Positions 40,706 through 50,742 of a DNA stretch of 64,000 nucleotides are shown here, piece after piece; position 1 is the stretch's first letter, and each line of letters opens with the position of its first letter. Made by a program: the position numbers and the translations under genes. The stretch lies in the NCBI GenBank assembly GCA_963818475.1, contig CAWFSF010000006.1:832001-896000 (forward strand), given 5' to 3'. Origin of the DNA: Nitrospirota bacterium. GTDB taxonomy: Bacteria; Nitrospirota; UBA9217. Below the pieces are notes generated by a model. It was not told the origin of the DNA, did not search any database, and saw only the letters and a program-made list of their open reading frames with translations.

Positions 40706-41245
40706 ATGTCCTTTGAATTCTGGCTCCTCTACGCAGTCACCGTGTTCCTCGCCTCGATCAGCCCCGGTCCCAGCATGCTGCTTGCACTGACGCACGGCAT
40801 GAAGTACGGGGCGCGGCGGACCATGACGACGGCGTCGGGCAACGTCGTCGCTTCGCTGCTCCAGGCGGCGGTATCTATCGCAGGTCTGGGCGCAATCCTT
40901 ACCCTGTCGGAAGGCGTGTTCTTGGTCATCCGGTGGCTGGGGGCAGGGTACCTCATCTACCTCGGCATCGTCACGTGGCGATCATCCTCGCTCTTGCAGG
41001 CAGGAGAGGAGGGCGGCGCGCCCGGTCCCGAGCTTTCGCTTCGGGGCATGTTCCTCCGGTCGTTCTTCGTTGCAGCGGGGAACCCGAAGGCGCTCATCGC
41101 CTTCTTGTGCTTCATGCTCTATGCAACGGCGGGTCAGCGCATCCTTGCGCTCTTCTCTCGGCAGGCCGCCGGCAGAAACCTGAACCGGATCGCCGGCGGC
41201 GCCTTTATCGGGGCCGGTATCGGGCTCGCTGTAAGCAGGCGATGA
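40706..41245 (+). pseudogene. LysE/RhtB translocator, copy with 30-aa internal deletion
   Basis: Near-identical to 42619-43248, but NPKA is joined directly to LIAFLCF. Confidence 0.85.
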
Positions 41246-41436
41246 GGGGTGGAAGGGGCAGGGTTCAGGGTTCAGATCTCTCATCAAGACCGCCCCTCGC
41301 CCTAGCCCTCTAACTCTAGGGGGAGGGAAAAGGGGAGAGGGTGCTTGGTTATTGAGAATCTTCAGGGTCGGGTCTACTTTCTTTTTCTCATTCCTTCCGC
41401 ATATCGACATCACAGCCTTCCCTCGGAGACCTAGAA

Positions 41437-41910
41437 CTACTTGGCGGACAGAACAATGTCCCCCTTGGTGCCTTCCACAATGGCAATGAGCTCACTCTGC
41501 TCCTTTGGAGGGACCTTGAACTTATTCAGGCTCTTCTTGAAGTCAACCACCATTGCCTGCCACTCTGTCTCGGTGATGTCAAGATGACTGTGAGCATCCT
41601 TCATGGAGCGCCCCGTGTACTGGCAGGGGCCGCCGGTCACCTGGCAGACCAGGGCGGTCACCTGAAATTTCAGTCCGGCTTTGGGTACCCGCTGTCTTGC
41701 TTTGTTGATTTTCGGATTTGCGTTCAGCGTCTTGTTGATCAACAGCCGTTCAATAAAGTCGTCCACGAGGGTCGCGATGCTGTAAACGCCCCCAAGCCGA
41801 TCATGCAGCGACGGCTCCTGCTTCTCCTGAGCGCCGGCGGGGACAGCATTCCCCAGGACGGTCAGGACGACCAGGAATGAAAAAGCCATTACCATACTGA
41901 GTTTCTTCAT
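41437..41910 (-). CDS. Exported group I truncated hemoglobin
   Basis: Signal peptide, LHDRLGG, TGGPCQYTGRSMKDAH, KVPPKEQSEL. Confidence 0.88.
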   Translation of the reverse strand: MKKLSMVMAFSFLVVLTVLGNAVPAGAQEKQEPSLHDRLGGVYSIATLVDDFIERLLINKTLNANPKINKARQRVPKAGLKFQVTALVCQVTGGPCQYTGRSMKDAHSHLDITETEWQAMVVDFKKSLNKFKVPPKEQSELIAIVEGTKGDIVLSAK

Positions 41911-42063
41911 AGGTTCCACAACTCCTTTCTTGGTGAAAAAAACTTTTTCTCCCCCCTCGCTTTCCATCCAGAAAGGACGGGCCATCGGAGAATTTTTCTA
42001 AAGTATATCCCTGCCCTCCGAATTGTCAAGCCGGCATACTGCGCCTTAAATGCCCTCATACGC

Positions 42064-42111
42064 CACCTGTCGGTTTTGACAGGTGACACACGTTGAAAAT
42101 ATTCATATAAT
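42064..42111 (+). promoter_or_regulatory. lux-box-like site 4 plus sigma70 promoter
   Basis: ACCTGTCGGTTTTGACAGGT (42065-42084), GTGACA, 17 bp, TATAAT (42106-42111). Confidence 0.8.
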
Positions 42112-42123
42112 AAACCATTACCT

Positions 42124-42194
42124 CGCTCTTCCCCCAGATCGTCGGCGGCGCCTTTATCGGGGCCGGTATCGGGCTCGCCGTAAGCAGGCGCTGA
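42124..42194 (+). pseudogene. Third LysE remnant (internally deleted 3' fragment)
   Basis: CGCTCTTCCCCCAGATCGTCGGC (from about 43022-43045) is fused to GGCGCCTTTATCGGGGCCGGTATCGGGCTCGCCGTAAGCAGGCG (gene end). Confidence 0.8.
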
Positions 42195-42402
42195 GCAGCC
42201 ATCGTCCTTCCTTCCTGCTCTCTAAATTAATGAACTTCACCTGTGCTATAATTAAAAAGCGATCATCCAAGAAACAGTAGTACTGTGATTTACAATGGTT
42301 GTGAAAGAAAGATATAAATGGATATTTAGTGAATCTTTTTGATGTCTGAACGATGATCGCGAGCCGTGATTTGAAATCAAAAAGGCCGGGAGAACATACA
42401 CC

Positions 42403-42588
42403 ATGGGATTATGGTCAAAAATAAAAAATGCCGTTAAGAAGGCCGTTACGGTTGTTGTCAATATCGTTAAAGGCATTGTACGTGACCTGTTGTGTACTAC
42501 AAGGGGACGTAGTTGCACCCGTTGCGTAGCGGACAATGATGCAGTGACCGCAGTCGACTTTATTTGGGATGGAGACATCGCACTCTGA
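42403..42588 (+). CDS. Small ORF with cationic amphipathic N-terminus
   Basis: MGLWSKIKNAVKKAVTVVVNIVKGIVRDLL; GGGAG RBS; the C-terminal part overlaps the duplicated LysE leader. Confidence 0.45.
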   Translation: MGLWSKIKNAVKKAVTVVVNIVKGIVRDLLCTTRGRSCTRCVADNDAVTAVDFIWDGDIAL

Positions 42589-42618
42589 ATCCTCGCCCAC
42601 CAGGAAAGGACCGCGACC

Positions 42619-43248
42619 GTGTCCCTTGAATTCTGGCTCCTCTACGCAGTCACCGTCTTCCTCGCCTCGATCAGCCCCGGTCCCAGCATGCTGCTTGCCC
42701 TGACGCACGGCATGAAGTACGGTACGCGGCGGACCATGACGACGGCGGCGGGCAACGTCGTCGCTTCGCTGCTCCAGGCGGCGGTTTCCATCGCAGGTCT
42801 GGGCGCAGTCCTGACCCTGTCAGAGGGCGTGTTCTCGGTCGTCCGGTGGCTGGGGGCGGGGTATCTCATCTACCTTGGCATCGTCACGTGGCAGTCTTCA
42901 TCGCTCTTGCAGGCAGGAGAGGAGGGCGGCGCGCCCAGTCCCGCGCTGACGCTTCGCAGCATGTTCCTCCGGTCGTTCTTCGTTGCAGCGGGGAACCCGA
43001 AGGCGATCATCTTCTTTACGGCGCTCTTCCCCCAGATCGTCGGCAGCGGCGTGCGGCGGCTCTCCGAAGTCTCGATCCTGCTTGCGACGCTGGCGCTCAT
43101 CGCCTTCTTGTGCTTCATGCTCTATGCAACGGCTGGTCAGCGCATCCTTGCGCTCTTCTCCCGGCAGGCCGCCGGCAGACACCTGAACCGGATCGCCGGC
43201 GGCGCTTTTATCGGGGCCGGTATCGGGCTCGCCGTAAGCAGGCGATGA
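42619..43248 (+). CDS. LysE/RhtB family translocator
   Basis: SPGP, RWLGAGYLIYLG, NPKAIIFFTALFPQ, NRIAGG. Confidence 0.92.
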   Translation: MSLEFWLLYAVTVFLASISPGPSMLLALTHGMKYGTRRTMTTAAGNVVASLLQAAVSIAGLGAVLTLSEGVFSVVRWLGAGYLIYLGIVTWQSSSLLQAGEEGGAPSPALTLRSMFLRSFFVAAGNPKAIIFFTALFPQIVGSGVRRLSEVSILLATLALIAFLCFMLYATAGQRILALFSRQAAGRHLNRIAGGAFIGAGIGLAVSRR

Positions 43249-43471
43249 GAGACATGAATATCTTCCGGATTGCCCTTCTTATTTCAGTTCACTGAAAAAA
43301 CCCTCTTGTCTCAGTAGACAGCAATTCTTGCACCCTCCCCTTAGTTCCCTCCCATCGAAGGAAGAGGAGCGTTAATCTTGCTGCGGGGTAGCTCATCATG
43401 AGCCTGTTCCGTTGCGATCCTTGTTCTGGGTCCCGGCCGCATTGCCGGTAATGGCCTTGTTGCGTGCGATC

Positions 43472-43536
43472 GCTACCAGGGAAAAATTCCGGAAAATTAG
43501 GGATTCCCCGGTTGTCATCCGGTCGGAAAGCTGTTA
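43472..43536 (+). promoter_or_regulatory. Second conserved upstream motif, copy 1
   Basis: GCTACCRGGGAAAAA-N5-RAAAATTAGGGATTCCCCGGTTG-N12-AAAGCTGTTA, colinear with 54286-54350. Confidence 0.65.
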
Positions 43537-43623
43537 CAGATATGCATAGAGGGTGAATATAAAGAAAAGACCTTCTTATCGTATCCGGTCATACCTGAGA
43601 CTGGAATAATCGAGGATATCTCC

Positions 43624-44022
43624 ATGGATGGTGTGCAAGAAAAAGTCGTTCCTGATTCTGAACGCCGACGGGAACAACGAAATCCGGTCTCGTTCCCCCC
43701 TGATTATCAGCGCTATATCAACTGCGAAGTAAAAATGGACGATGTCTTCGTTTCCGTCATTCTTCACAACTTCAGCGAAAGCGGTGTTCTCTTCGAAAGC
43801 CGCGTGCCGTTCGAAATAAAATCGTATGCCGACTGCGTCATTTCGATATCCCAGTCGCTTTCAAGAAAAATCGCTTTCGCTATTCGAGTAAAACACTGTC
43901 AGAAAAAAAATAATGCCTATTTTGTCGGTGCGGTGATCGAGACGCCTGTCGATGCAACCTGGTTTAATATCTTTCGAGCAGTTGCCGATTTTATCAGGAA
44001 GCGGCAGGGCGATATATATTGA
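43624..44022 (+). CDS. PilZ-domain protein
   Basis: RxxxR (RREQR) and NxSxxG (NFSESG) motifs. Confidence 0.8.
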   Translation: MDGVQEKVVPDSERRREQRNPVSFPPDYQRYINCEVKMDDVFVSVILHNFSESGVLFESRVPFEIKSYADCVISISQSLSRKIAFAIRVKHCQKKNNAYFVGAVIETPVDATWFNIFRAVADFIRKRQGDIY

Positions 44023-44112
44023 AAAGGGCGTAGCACAACGGCATTGGACCAGACATATTCAGGACCATCTGACGTCTTGCCTGAAATTCCTCTTTGAATT
44101 CCTTATATAAGC

Positions 44113-44160
44113 CACCTGTCAGTTTTGACAGGTGACAAACGTTAAAAATATTCATATAAT
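44113..44160 (+). promoter_or_regulatory. lux-box-like site 5 plus sigma70 promoter
   Basis: ACCTGTCAGTTTTGACAGGT (44114-44133), GTGACA, 17 bp, TATAAT (44155-44160). Confidence 0.8.
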
Positions 44161-44203
44161 TATTTTTAGGTAGTTGCCAAACATCCCACCAGGAGGCAGA
44201 AGA

Positions 44204-46069
44204 ATGCAAAACTTCAGACAGATCCTGAAAAAAGACAAGGCGCTCCGGGAAGAGGTCGAGCATCTGGTCGAAAGCGGGAGAAACCTGCCCATAGCCAGGC
44301 GGCAAGGCGTCAATTCTTCCACCATCAAAAAAGCTATGATCGGGCCGCACAACGAGCTGCCAAGGGCAGAGGCAATGGTCCAGCGGCATCTACGGCCAGC
44401 CCTGCTGATCCGGAACAACAAGATCGAAACCCCGGAGTCTCTGGAAATCCGCAAGCGTCTGCTTCCGTACATCGGGAAAGTGGAGAGCAGGGTTCCTTCC
44501 GTGGGCAGGATCGAGTTCGAGAAGATCGGCCGGCCCTTCGGCGGTACCGGTTGGATGATCAGCGAGGATGTCATCGTCACGAACAGGCACGTTGCCGCGC
44601 TCATGGCGACGAAAAAGGGAAACACCATAACCTTCATTAAGAACCAGATGGGCGAGACGGTCCAGGCATGCATTGATTTCAAGGAGGAGTTTCTCGGAAA
44701 TAATCTCGCTACTCCCGAATTCGAGATCCCCATCGAGAAAGTGCTGTTCATGACGGACAACATCAATACCCAGCCCGATATCGCCTTTGTCAAGATACGG
44801 AAGCATCCCCGGTTGCCCCAGCCCATCCCCATCAGCGATACTCCTCTTACAAAAGATCAGTTCGTCTCCGTGATAGGATATCCCGCGTACGATCCCGACG
44901 GGATCATCAGCCCCGGTGCAGCAACGGATGTGTTTCACGACATCTACGGTGTGAAGCGGTGCTCGCCGGGCGAGATCATGGAGTACGACAAGAACGGCTG
45001 GTATTTCTTCCATGACTGCACGACCCTGGGCGGGAACTCCGGCTCCGTGGTGCTGGACAATTCGACCGGGTATGCGGTCGGTCTCCATTTCATGGGAGAA
45101 GTGAAAAAGGAAAATTACGCCGTGAAAAGCACGGAGATCATCAAGTACCTCCGCAAGATAAAAACGTCCGTGTACATCAGATCGGTCCCCGGTGAAGTGA
45201 GGGCCAAGGAACGGGCCGGTGGTCCGGAACCGGAAGCGGCTCCGGAAAGTTACGACGACCGCAAGGGTTACCAGGTAGATTTCCTGGATCCCAGGTTTCC
45301 CGTGCCCCTCCCCGTCGTCTCCCGGAACAAACAGCAGGTGCTCACTTTCGGCAGCAACCGCAAAGGAGCGTCGGAGCTGAAATACCATCACTTCAGCGTT
45401 GTGATGAACAAGGAACGTCGCATGTGCTTCTTCAGCATCTGCAACATCGACGGGAAGCAGAGCAAGCGGGGTGTAGCGAGGACAGGCTGGAAATGGGACC
45501 CCCGGCTCCTGAAAAAGTACCAGATCAAGGACGAATGTTACGGCAATCCTCCCCACTTTGCCCGCGGTCACATGACCCGCAAGGAGGACCCCATCTGGGG
45601 AAGCCTGCAAACGGCGCGTGCTGCCTGCTCGGACACCTTTCACGTCACCAACGCAACTCCCCAGATGCAACCGTTCAATGCCCCGGTCTGGCTCGCGCTC
45701 GAAGATTATGCGCTCGAGAACGCCCGCCAGGATGATATGAAAATCACGGTGATCACGGGCCCCATCTTTCATGATGAGGATCCGGTCAGGTTCGATGTGC
45801 AGGTCCCTGTCGAGTTTTTCAAGATCATCGCGTTCATCCATGACGAGACCGGCAAATTATGCGCCACAGCCTACACCGTCTCGCAGGCGGATTATCTGAC
45901 CAACGAAGAGTTCGTATACGGGGAATTCAAGACGTACCAGGTCTCGATCAAGTCGATCGAAAACAAAACAGGGATCGATTTCGGCAAGCTTGCAACGGCA
46001 GATCCGAAAAAAGGGGAAGAGGCGCTTTCCACGGCGCTTATGAACGTCGAGGATATTGTTTTCAATTAA
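44204..46069 (+). CDS. Trypsin-like serine protease fused to DNA/RNA non-specific endonuclease
   Basis: TNRHVA, PDIA and GGNSGS triad; FARGH, TNATPQ, WLALE, TGPIF and VPVEFFKII nuclease motifs; AGGAGG RBS. Confidence 0.92.
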   Translation: MQNFRQILKKDKALREEVEHLVESGRNLPIARRQGVNSSTIKKAMIGPHNELPRAEAMVQRHLRPALLIRNNKIETPESLEIRKRLLPYIGKVESRVPSVGRIEFEKIGRPFGGTGWMISEDVIVTNRHVAALMATKKGNTITFIKNQMGETVQACIDFKEEFLGNNLATPEFEIPIEKVLFMTDNINTQPDIAFVKIRKHPRLPQPIPISDTPLTKDQFVSVIGYPAYDPDGIISPGAATDVFHDIYGVKRCSPGEIMEYDKNGWYFFHDCTTLGGNSGSVVLDNSTGYAVGLHFMGEVKKENYAVKSTEIIKYLRKIKTSVYIRSVPGEVRAKERAGGPEPEAAPESYDDRKGYQVDFLDPRFPVPLPVVSRNKQQVLTFGSNRKGASELKYHHFSVVMNKERRMCFFSICNIDGKQSKRGVARTGWKWDPRLLKKYQIKDECYGNPPHFARGHMTRKEDPIWGSLQTARAACSDTFHVTNATPQMQPFNAPVWLALEDYALENARQDDMKITVITGPIFHDEDPVRFDVQVPVEFFKIIAFIHDETGKLCATAYTVSQADYLTNEEFVYGEFKTYQVSIKSIENKTGIDFGKLATADPKKGEEALSTALMNVEDIVFN

Positions 46070-46150
46070 AATGAGCCTGCCTGTTGTAACGGCACTTTGG
46101 CCAGAAACTTTGATCCGCTGTTGTAACGAGGACATTCAACACCTAAAGTG

Positions 46151-46210
46151 CATATAGGGTCACTTCTTACCCTTGTCATAATTGTCCCACAAAGAAGTGA
46201 CCCCAATTGT
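46151..46210. repeat. REP-like palindrome; empty homolog of the intron target site
   Basis: CATATAGGGTCACTTCTT...AAGAAGTGACCCCAATTGT. Confidence 0.85.
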
Positions 46211-46325
46211 CCTTATGATGAGTGAGGTTTAAATGGCTGAAACACTTTAAATCAGGTGCAATATATCGGAAGCAACAATAACCCAGAGCAATTCCAGAAT
46301 TCAATTCTTGACAAGGAGGAGTTCT

Positions 46326-48659
46326 ATGAAGACCAAATTTTTCGTTGTGGCGATGCGCAAGGGCATCGTACTGGAAAGTCTAGTCGTTCTGCTTTTTTTG
46401 ATTGGATTGGCTTCTCAAAGTTCTGCCACTCCGCCGACGCCGCCGGCGCAAATCGTACTCCCTGAAGGACTGCTTGAAGAAGTCACTCTCACCGGAAAGG
46501 TTTTGCCGATACAGATCAAAATGAATGAAGAAATCATCGAGCTGCAAGTAGTTGCTACGCAACAGAAGCTGGTCCGCGGCAAAGGTGCTTTTGAACAGCC
46601 TGCGCCCGAAGTACTCATGGAAAAGAGCCAAAAGGCGATAAAAGAGAAGAAAGAAGATCATGAAGTTCCCTTAAAACTGGAACAGCCGGGAAATTATCTT
46701 ATCGATATCCGGATAAAGGGAAAAACCGCGAAAGGCGTAGGTTTTTCGGACCGACTCAACCGTTACGTTGTCATCAAAGAAAACGGCGTGGCAACGATGA
46801 TCAGCCCCGCAGAATTTCAGAGGCGTAACGAGAAGGCGCGAGAAAAGCTTTTTATGAATGAAAACGAGAAAAATACGAATAATCATCCCATTCGAGTACT
46901 TTTTGAGGACACAGTAAAGGTTCCGGAAGGCGTAAGAAAAACGATAAAGCCTTATGATGTTCCGAAAGACCGTCGCCTGGAAGTGCGTCCTGAGGGACCC
47001 TCTGAATTTTTACGCAAACATAGTATCGATCACAGTGCGACCAGCTGGACTTCAAAAGATCCAATCACGGTTAGTGGACGCCTAGTATTTCAGGACATCG
47101 ATGGCGTGGGGAAGCCGCTGGTGAACGTCGGCGTCTACCTCTGGGATTCAGATGTTTTCAGCGACGAATACCTGGGCGCTGTCGCCACCGATTGGGATGG
47201 CCGCTGGTCATTCACGGTGAACAACGATGACGGCTGGCTACAAGATGGCCGGGATATATATTATACGTTCAAACTCGAAAATACCCGTCTCAGTACGGGG
47301 AGTTGCGGCGGCGGGGCTTACGAGTGGAAATCGGCAGTTCATGACGACCTCTCTGAGGGGACGGTGTTAGATTTCGGAGACGAAACGGCCAGCACCAGCA
47401 TGGAGGCGCTACAGGTATGGAGTACGCTTAATCTGGCATGGAACCACGCCGCCGCAGTGGGTGGCTGGGACCCGGGGAGGATCGATTCGTGCTATCCTTC
47501 CTCCGGCACGTTTTATAACGGGACGGTAAACGTGCTCGGCTCCGACAATGATGGCCCCGATTCAATTACCCACGAATACGGTCATGGCCTCATGGCGCAT
47601 GCATATACGGACGGCGATCCTTCCCCGGGCGGGGCGCATGGTTTCGGCGATTGCAATCAGAATCGATCACTGTCGTGGTCTGAAGGGTGGGCGACCGCCT
47701 TTATGCTCTCCGTCCGGCCCGATAATCGCTATAACTGGCACGAAGGGGACGGAGGGCAGGAACTCGAATCGTTCCAGTCAACCTGTCACACGGGGGAGAC
47801 CAGCGAAGGATGGGTCGTCGCCGCGCTGCTCGATATGATGGACTCGAACGACGACGACAACGGCGGCAATCTGAATCGCGGTCGCAACGGCGCGCGGGAT
47901 CATAATACCGGCAACGAGGTTGCACTCGCAACAATCCTGCGGGACACCATGGTCGGCAGTAGTCATCACAACGACGTCCTGGAGTTTTGGAGCAGCCTAT
48001 CGGGAGAACTCGACGCTACCCATCGAAATCTGGCGCAGGAAATAATGAACTATGAATGGATGAGTGTTTTGATGCCTTCTTCATGCGTAGCGACGAAAGT
48101 TGCGACGGCGCGCGAAGCAAACCGGGAACCGATGCTTGCCGGACTGCGCAAATTTCGGGATCTCGCCCTCAAAAACTGGTCGCATGGACGCGAGCTGATC
48201 AATATGTACTATCGTAACAGTCCGGAAATAGCGATAACTCTCTTGAGCAATCCAAAGTTGATTCCGGCAGCGTTGAGCGTCATGAGGCATTTTTCAGAAA
48301 TCGGCACTACCGTTAGCAACCATCGCGCATATACTAAGAAGATGGTACAAAATCCGGAAGTGCTTCCTGGAGAAGTGATTGCATCTATCGAGGCCATTAC
48401 TCAGGTATTGTATAAGAACGGGAGTGCCGAATTGAAGGCCGACATAGATCGCGTGCGCAAGGATGTCGATGGTCTCAAGGGCGTGAGACTGCAGGAATTA
48501 CAGGAGCGCGTTACAAAGTTGAAAGCCGGGGAGCAAGGCAAAGGGCTTACCGCTATCAAGCAAAACAGCTTGACGCCAGCAAGCCAGAAAGCCTTAAAAG
48601 AATTGAAATTACAGACAATCATAAAGCAAGGGTTGCCGGAGATAAAGCCGGCACCGTAG
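46326..48659 (+). CDS. Exported zinc metalloprotease-like protein with C-terminal CFI-box-like domain
   Basis: Signal-like segment, THEYGHGLM and WSEGWA; CVATKVA...LRKFRD..L....GRELINMYYRNSP. Confidence 0.75.
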   Translation: MKTKFFVVAMRKGIVLESLVVLLFLIGLASQSSATPPTPPAQIVLPEGLLEEVTLTGKVLPIQIKMNEEIIELQVVATQQKLVRGKGAFEQPAPEVLMEKSQKAIKEKKEDHEVPLKLEQPGNYLIDIRIKGKTAKGVGFSDRLNRYVVIKENGVATMISPAEFQRRNEKAREKLFMNENEKNTNNHPIRVLFEDTVKVPEGVRKTIKPYDVPKDRRLEVRPEGPSEFLRKHSIDHSATSWTSKDPITVSGRLVFQDIDGVGKPLVNVGVYLWDSDVFSDEYLGAVATDWDGRWSFTVNNDDGWLQDGRDIYYTFKLENTRLSTGSCGGGAYEWKSAVHDDLSEGTVLDFGDETASTSMEALQVWSTLNLAWNHAAAVGGWDPGRIDSCYPSSGTFYNGTVNVLGSDNDGPDSITHEYGHGLMAHAYTDGDPSPGGAHGFGDCNQNRSLSWSEGWATAFMLSVRPDNRYNWHEGDGGQELESFQSTCHTGETSEGWVVAALLDMMDSNDDDNGGNLNRGRNGARDHNTGNEVALATILRDTMVGSSHHNDVLEFWSSLSGELDATHRNLAQEIMNYEWMSVLMPSSCVATKVATAREANREPMLAGLRKFRDLALKNWSHGRELINMYYRNSPEIAITLLSNPKLIPAALSVMRHFSEIGTTVSNHRAYTKKMVQNPEVLPGEVIASIEAITQVLYKNGSAELKADIDRVRKDVDGLKGVRLQELQERVTKLKAGEQGKGLTAIKQNSLTPASQKALKELKLQTIIKQGLPEIKPAP

Positions 48660-48774
48660 TTTCAATAATAGATATGAAGGCCAATGTATCAGACGTTTAT
48701 CATTCGAGATTTTGACTCTTGCCTTCCAATACAAATGGGCTTCGTAGCTACGTCTTTTGAGGGAGAACCGGTGT

Positions 48775-48829
48775 CATATAGGGTCACTTCTTTATCATTG
48801 TCATCATTGTCAAGATCAAAGAAGTGACC
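48775..48829. repeat. REP-like palindrome interrupted by the intron
   Basis: CATATAGGGTCACTTCTTT...AAAGAAGTGACC, completed by CCAATAGT at 50743. Confidence 0.85.
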
Positions 48830-50742
48830 GTTCGCAGTAACAACTGATTATCTCGCGGGTTCAAGTCCCGCCCAAGGAGTTGTCCGTACACCTTGGTAGC
48901 ACGAGGGAGCGGCGTCTGAGCAATCAGAGGTCGTGAGTTCCCAAACGGCAAAGCTACAGGCCGCAGCGAAAGCGAACCTACACGTAGCCTCGTAACTTAT
49001 TCGGAGATGCCGACCTTGTGGTCAAATGGGGAAGGCCGATGCGCGCTGATTCAGACAACGGAATCGATCTGTGCGATCTCCCGGGGTAGCAGGGGCGGCA
49101 TGCAGCGGAAGATAAGCAGTCCAGTGCTGGAGACCCCATACAGTGATGTTAGAGGAACATCAACCGGTGCGTATAAGGAAACGAAAACGCACTGGGCTGT
49201 ATCGGGAGTCGGAGGGGTCCATAGTATCGTTTGAAGGTATGGGACAACATAACCCTGCCCGAGAAAAGGGACCCTGCTTTGTTCACGCAACCGAAGGAGA
49301 GAGGATGAGGGGATTGCAGAGATGCTAACAACCCCAGATACAATCAGGACACTCCAGAGGAAGCTCTACCGTAAGGCCAAGCAAGAACCGGCCTACCGCT
49401 TTTACGCGCTCTACGACAAGATACACCGGGCCGACATCCTCAGTCACGCCTACCATCTTGTCAGGGCCAACAAAGGAAGCGCCGGCATCGACGGCGTCAC
49501 CTTCGAGGCCATAGAGACCGGAGAAGGGGTAATCGCCTTTTTGGCGGAGCTGCAAGAAGCACTGAAGAGCAAGACCTATGCACCAAACCCTGTAAAGCGC
49601 GTCATGATCCCCAAAGGAGACGGCACAGAGCGTCCCTTGGGAATCCCGACCATTAGGGACAGGGTGGCCCAGATGGCCGTAAAACTGGTCATCGAACCGA
49701 TATTTGAAGCGGATTTTATAGACACCTCATACGGATTCAGACCCAAGAAGTCGGCCCATGATGCAATCGAAGACATATCGTATGCCCTTAACTGCGGTTA
49801 TACGGAAGTCATCGACGCCGATGTGTCCAGGTACTTCGACACCATTCCCCATGCCAAACTCATGGCCGTGGTCGCCGAGCGCATCGTTGACAGTGCGATT
49901 CTGCACATTATCCAGATGTGGCTCAAGGCCCCGGTTATGGAAGTGGACAAGGACGGAACGAAGCGCAACATCGGCGGCGGCAAGGCAAACACCAAAGGAA
50001 CACCGCAGGGCGGTGTCATCTCGCCGCTCCTGGCCAATCTCTATCTGCACCTGTTAGATAGGATATGGCATAAGAAGAAGCTTCAGTATAGGCTCGAAGC
50101 GCGTCTTGTCCGGTATGCCGACGATTTTGTCGTGCTGTGCAGAAAGGGAACTGAGCAGCCGATGGCGGTTGTGCGCCGGGTGCTCGAACGACTGGGACTT
50201 GTACTCAATGAGAACAAGACCCGCATGGTGAACGCCAAGCAAGAAGGCTTCAACTTCCTTGGATTTGAACTTCGTATGGGGAAAAGTCGGAGAACGGGCA
50301 ACCTTTACCCCCTTATACAACCGTCACGAAAAGCCCTGAAGAAGATCAAAGACAGCGTTACCGCTCTTACACACAGGCGGATGACGCCGAAGCCGCTTAC
50401 TATGATAATCGAAGATATCAATACCGCCCTCCGGGGCTGGGTCGGGTACTTTCATTACCGCAATAGCAGCAAGGCGTTCAATCGTCTCAAGTTTCATGTG
50501 GAAGCGCGAGTGCGCACGCATCTGCGAAAGCGGCATAAGATCAAAAGCAGGGCAGCGGGGTTTACCAGGTTCACCAACAGGTCTTTGTACGAGAAGTATG
50601 GGCTCTATAAAGTGCCGACGACAGCGGGCTGGCTGAAGGCGCATGCCTTGCGGTGAAGAACATCGGAAAGCCGTGTGCGGGAAAACTGCATGCACGGTTT
50701 GATGAGGGAGGGCTGGTCAATACGACCAGCTCTCTACTCTAC
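48830..50742 (+). mobile_element. Group II intron
   Basis: 5' GTTCG; RT ORF; domain V AGCCGTGTGCGGGAAAACTGCATGCACGGTT; domain VI ending CTACTCTAC. Removing it restores a palindrome matching 46151-46210. Confidence 0.92.
49322..50656 (+). CDS. ltrA: Group II intron reverse transcriptase/maturase, no endonuclease domain
   Basis: RPLGIPTIRDR, SYGFRP, GTPQGGVISPLLAN, RYADD, FLG and LRGWVGYF motifs. Confidence 0.96.
   Translation: MLTTPDTIRTLQRKLYRKAKQEPAYRFYALYDKIHRADILSHAYHLVRANKGSAGIDGVTFEAIETGEGVIAFLAELQEALKSKTYAPNPVKRVMIPKGDGTERPLGIPTIRDRVAQMAVKLVIEPIFEADFIDTSYGFRPKKSAHDAIEDISYALNCGYTEVIDADVSRYFDTIPHAKLMAVVAERIVDSAILHIIQMWLKAPVMEVDKDGTKRNIGGGKANTKGTPQGGVISPLLANLYLHLLDRIWHKKKLQYRLEARLVRYADDFVVLCRKGTEQPMAVVRRVLERLGLVLNENKTRMVNAKQEGFNFLGFELRMGKSRRTGNLYPLIQPSRKALKKIKDSVTALTHRRMTPKPLTMIIEDINTALRGWVGYFHYRNSSKAFNRLKFHVEARVRTHLRKRHKIKSRAAGFTRFTNRSLYEKYGLYKVPTTAGWLKAHALR

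Noticed and set aside
48854-48873. tRNA-like T arm GCGGGTTCAAGTCCCGC
   Set aside because: No cloverleaf around it; it lies within domain I of the group II intron.
32496-50656. Diversity-generating retroelement (Avd-like gene plus RT plus repeats)
   Set aside because: The RT is a typical intron-encoded protein with domains V and VI, and mismatches in the duplicated segments are not confined to adenines.
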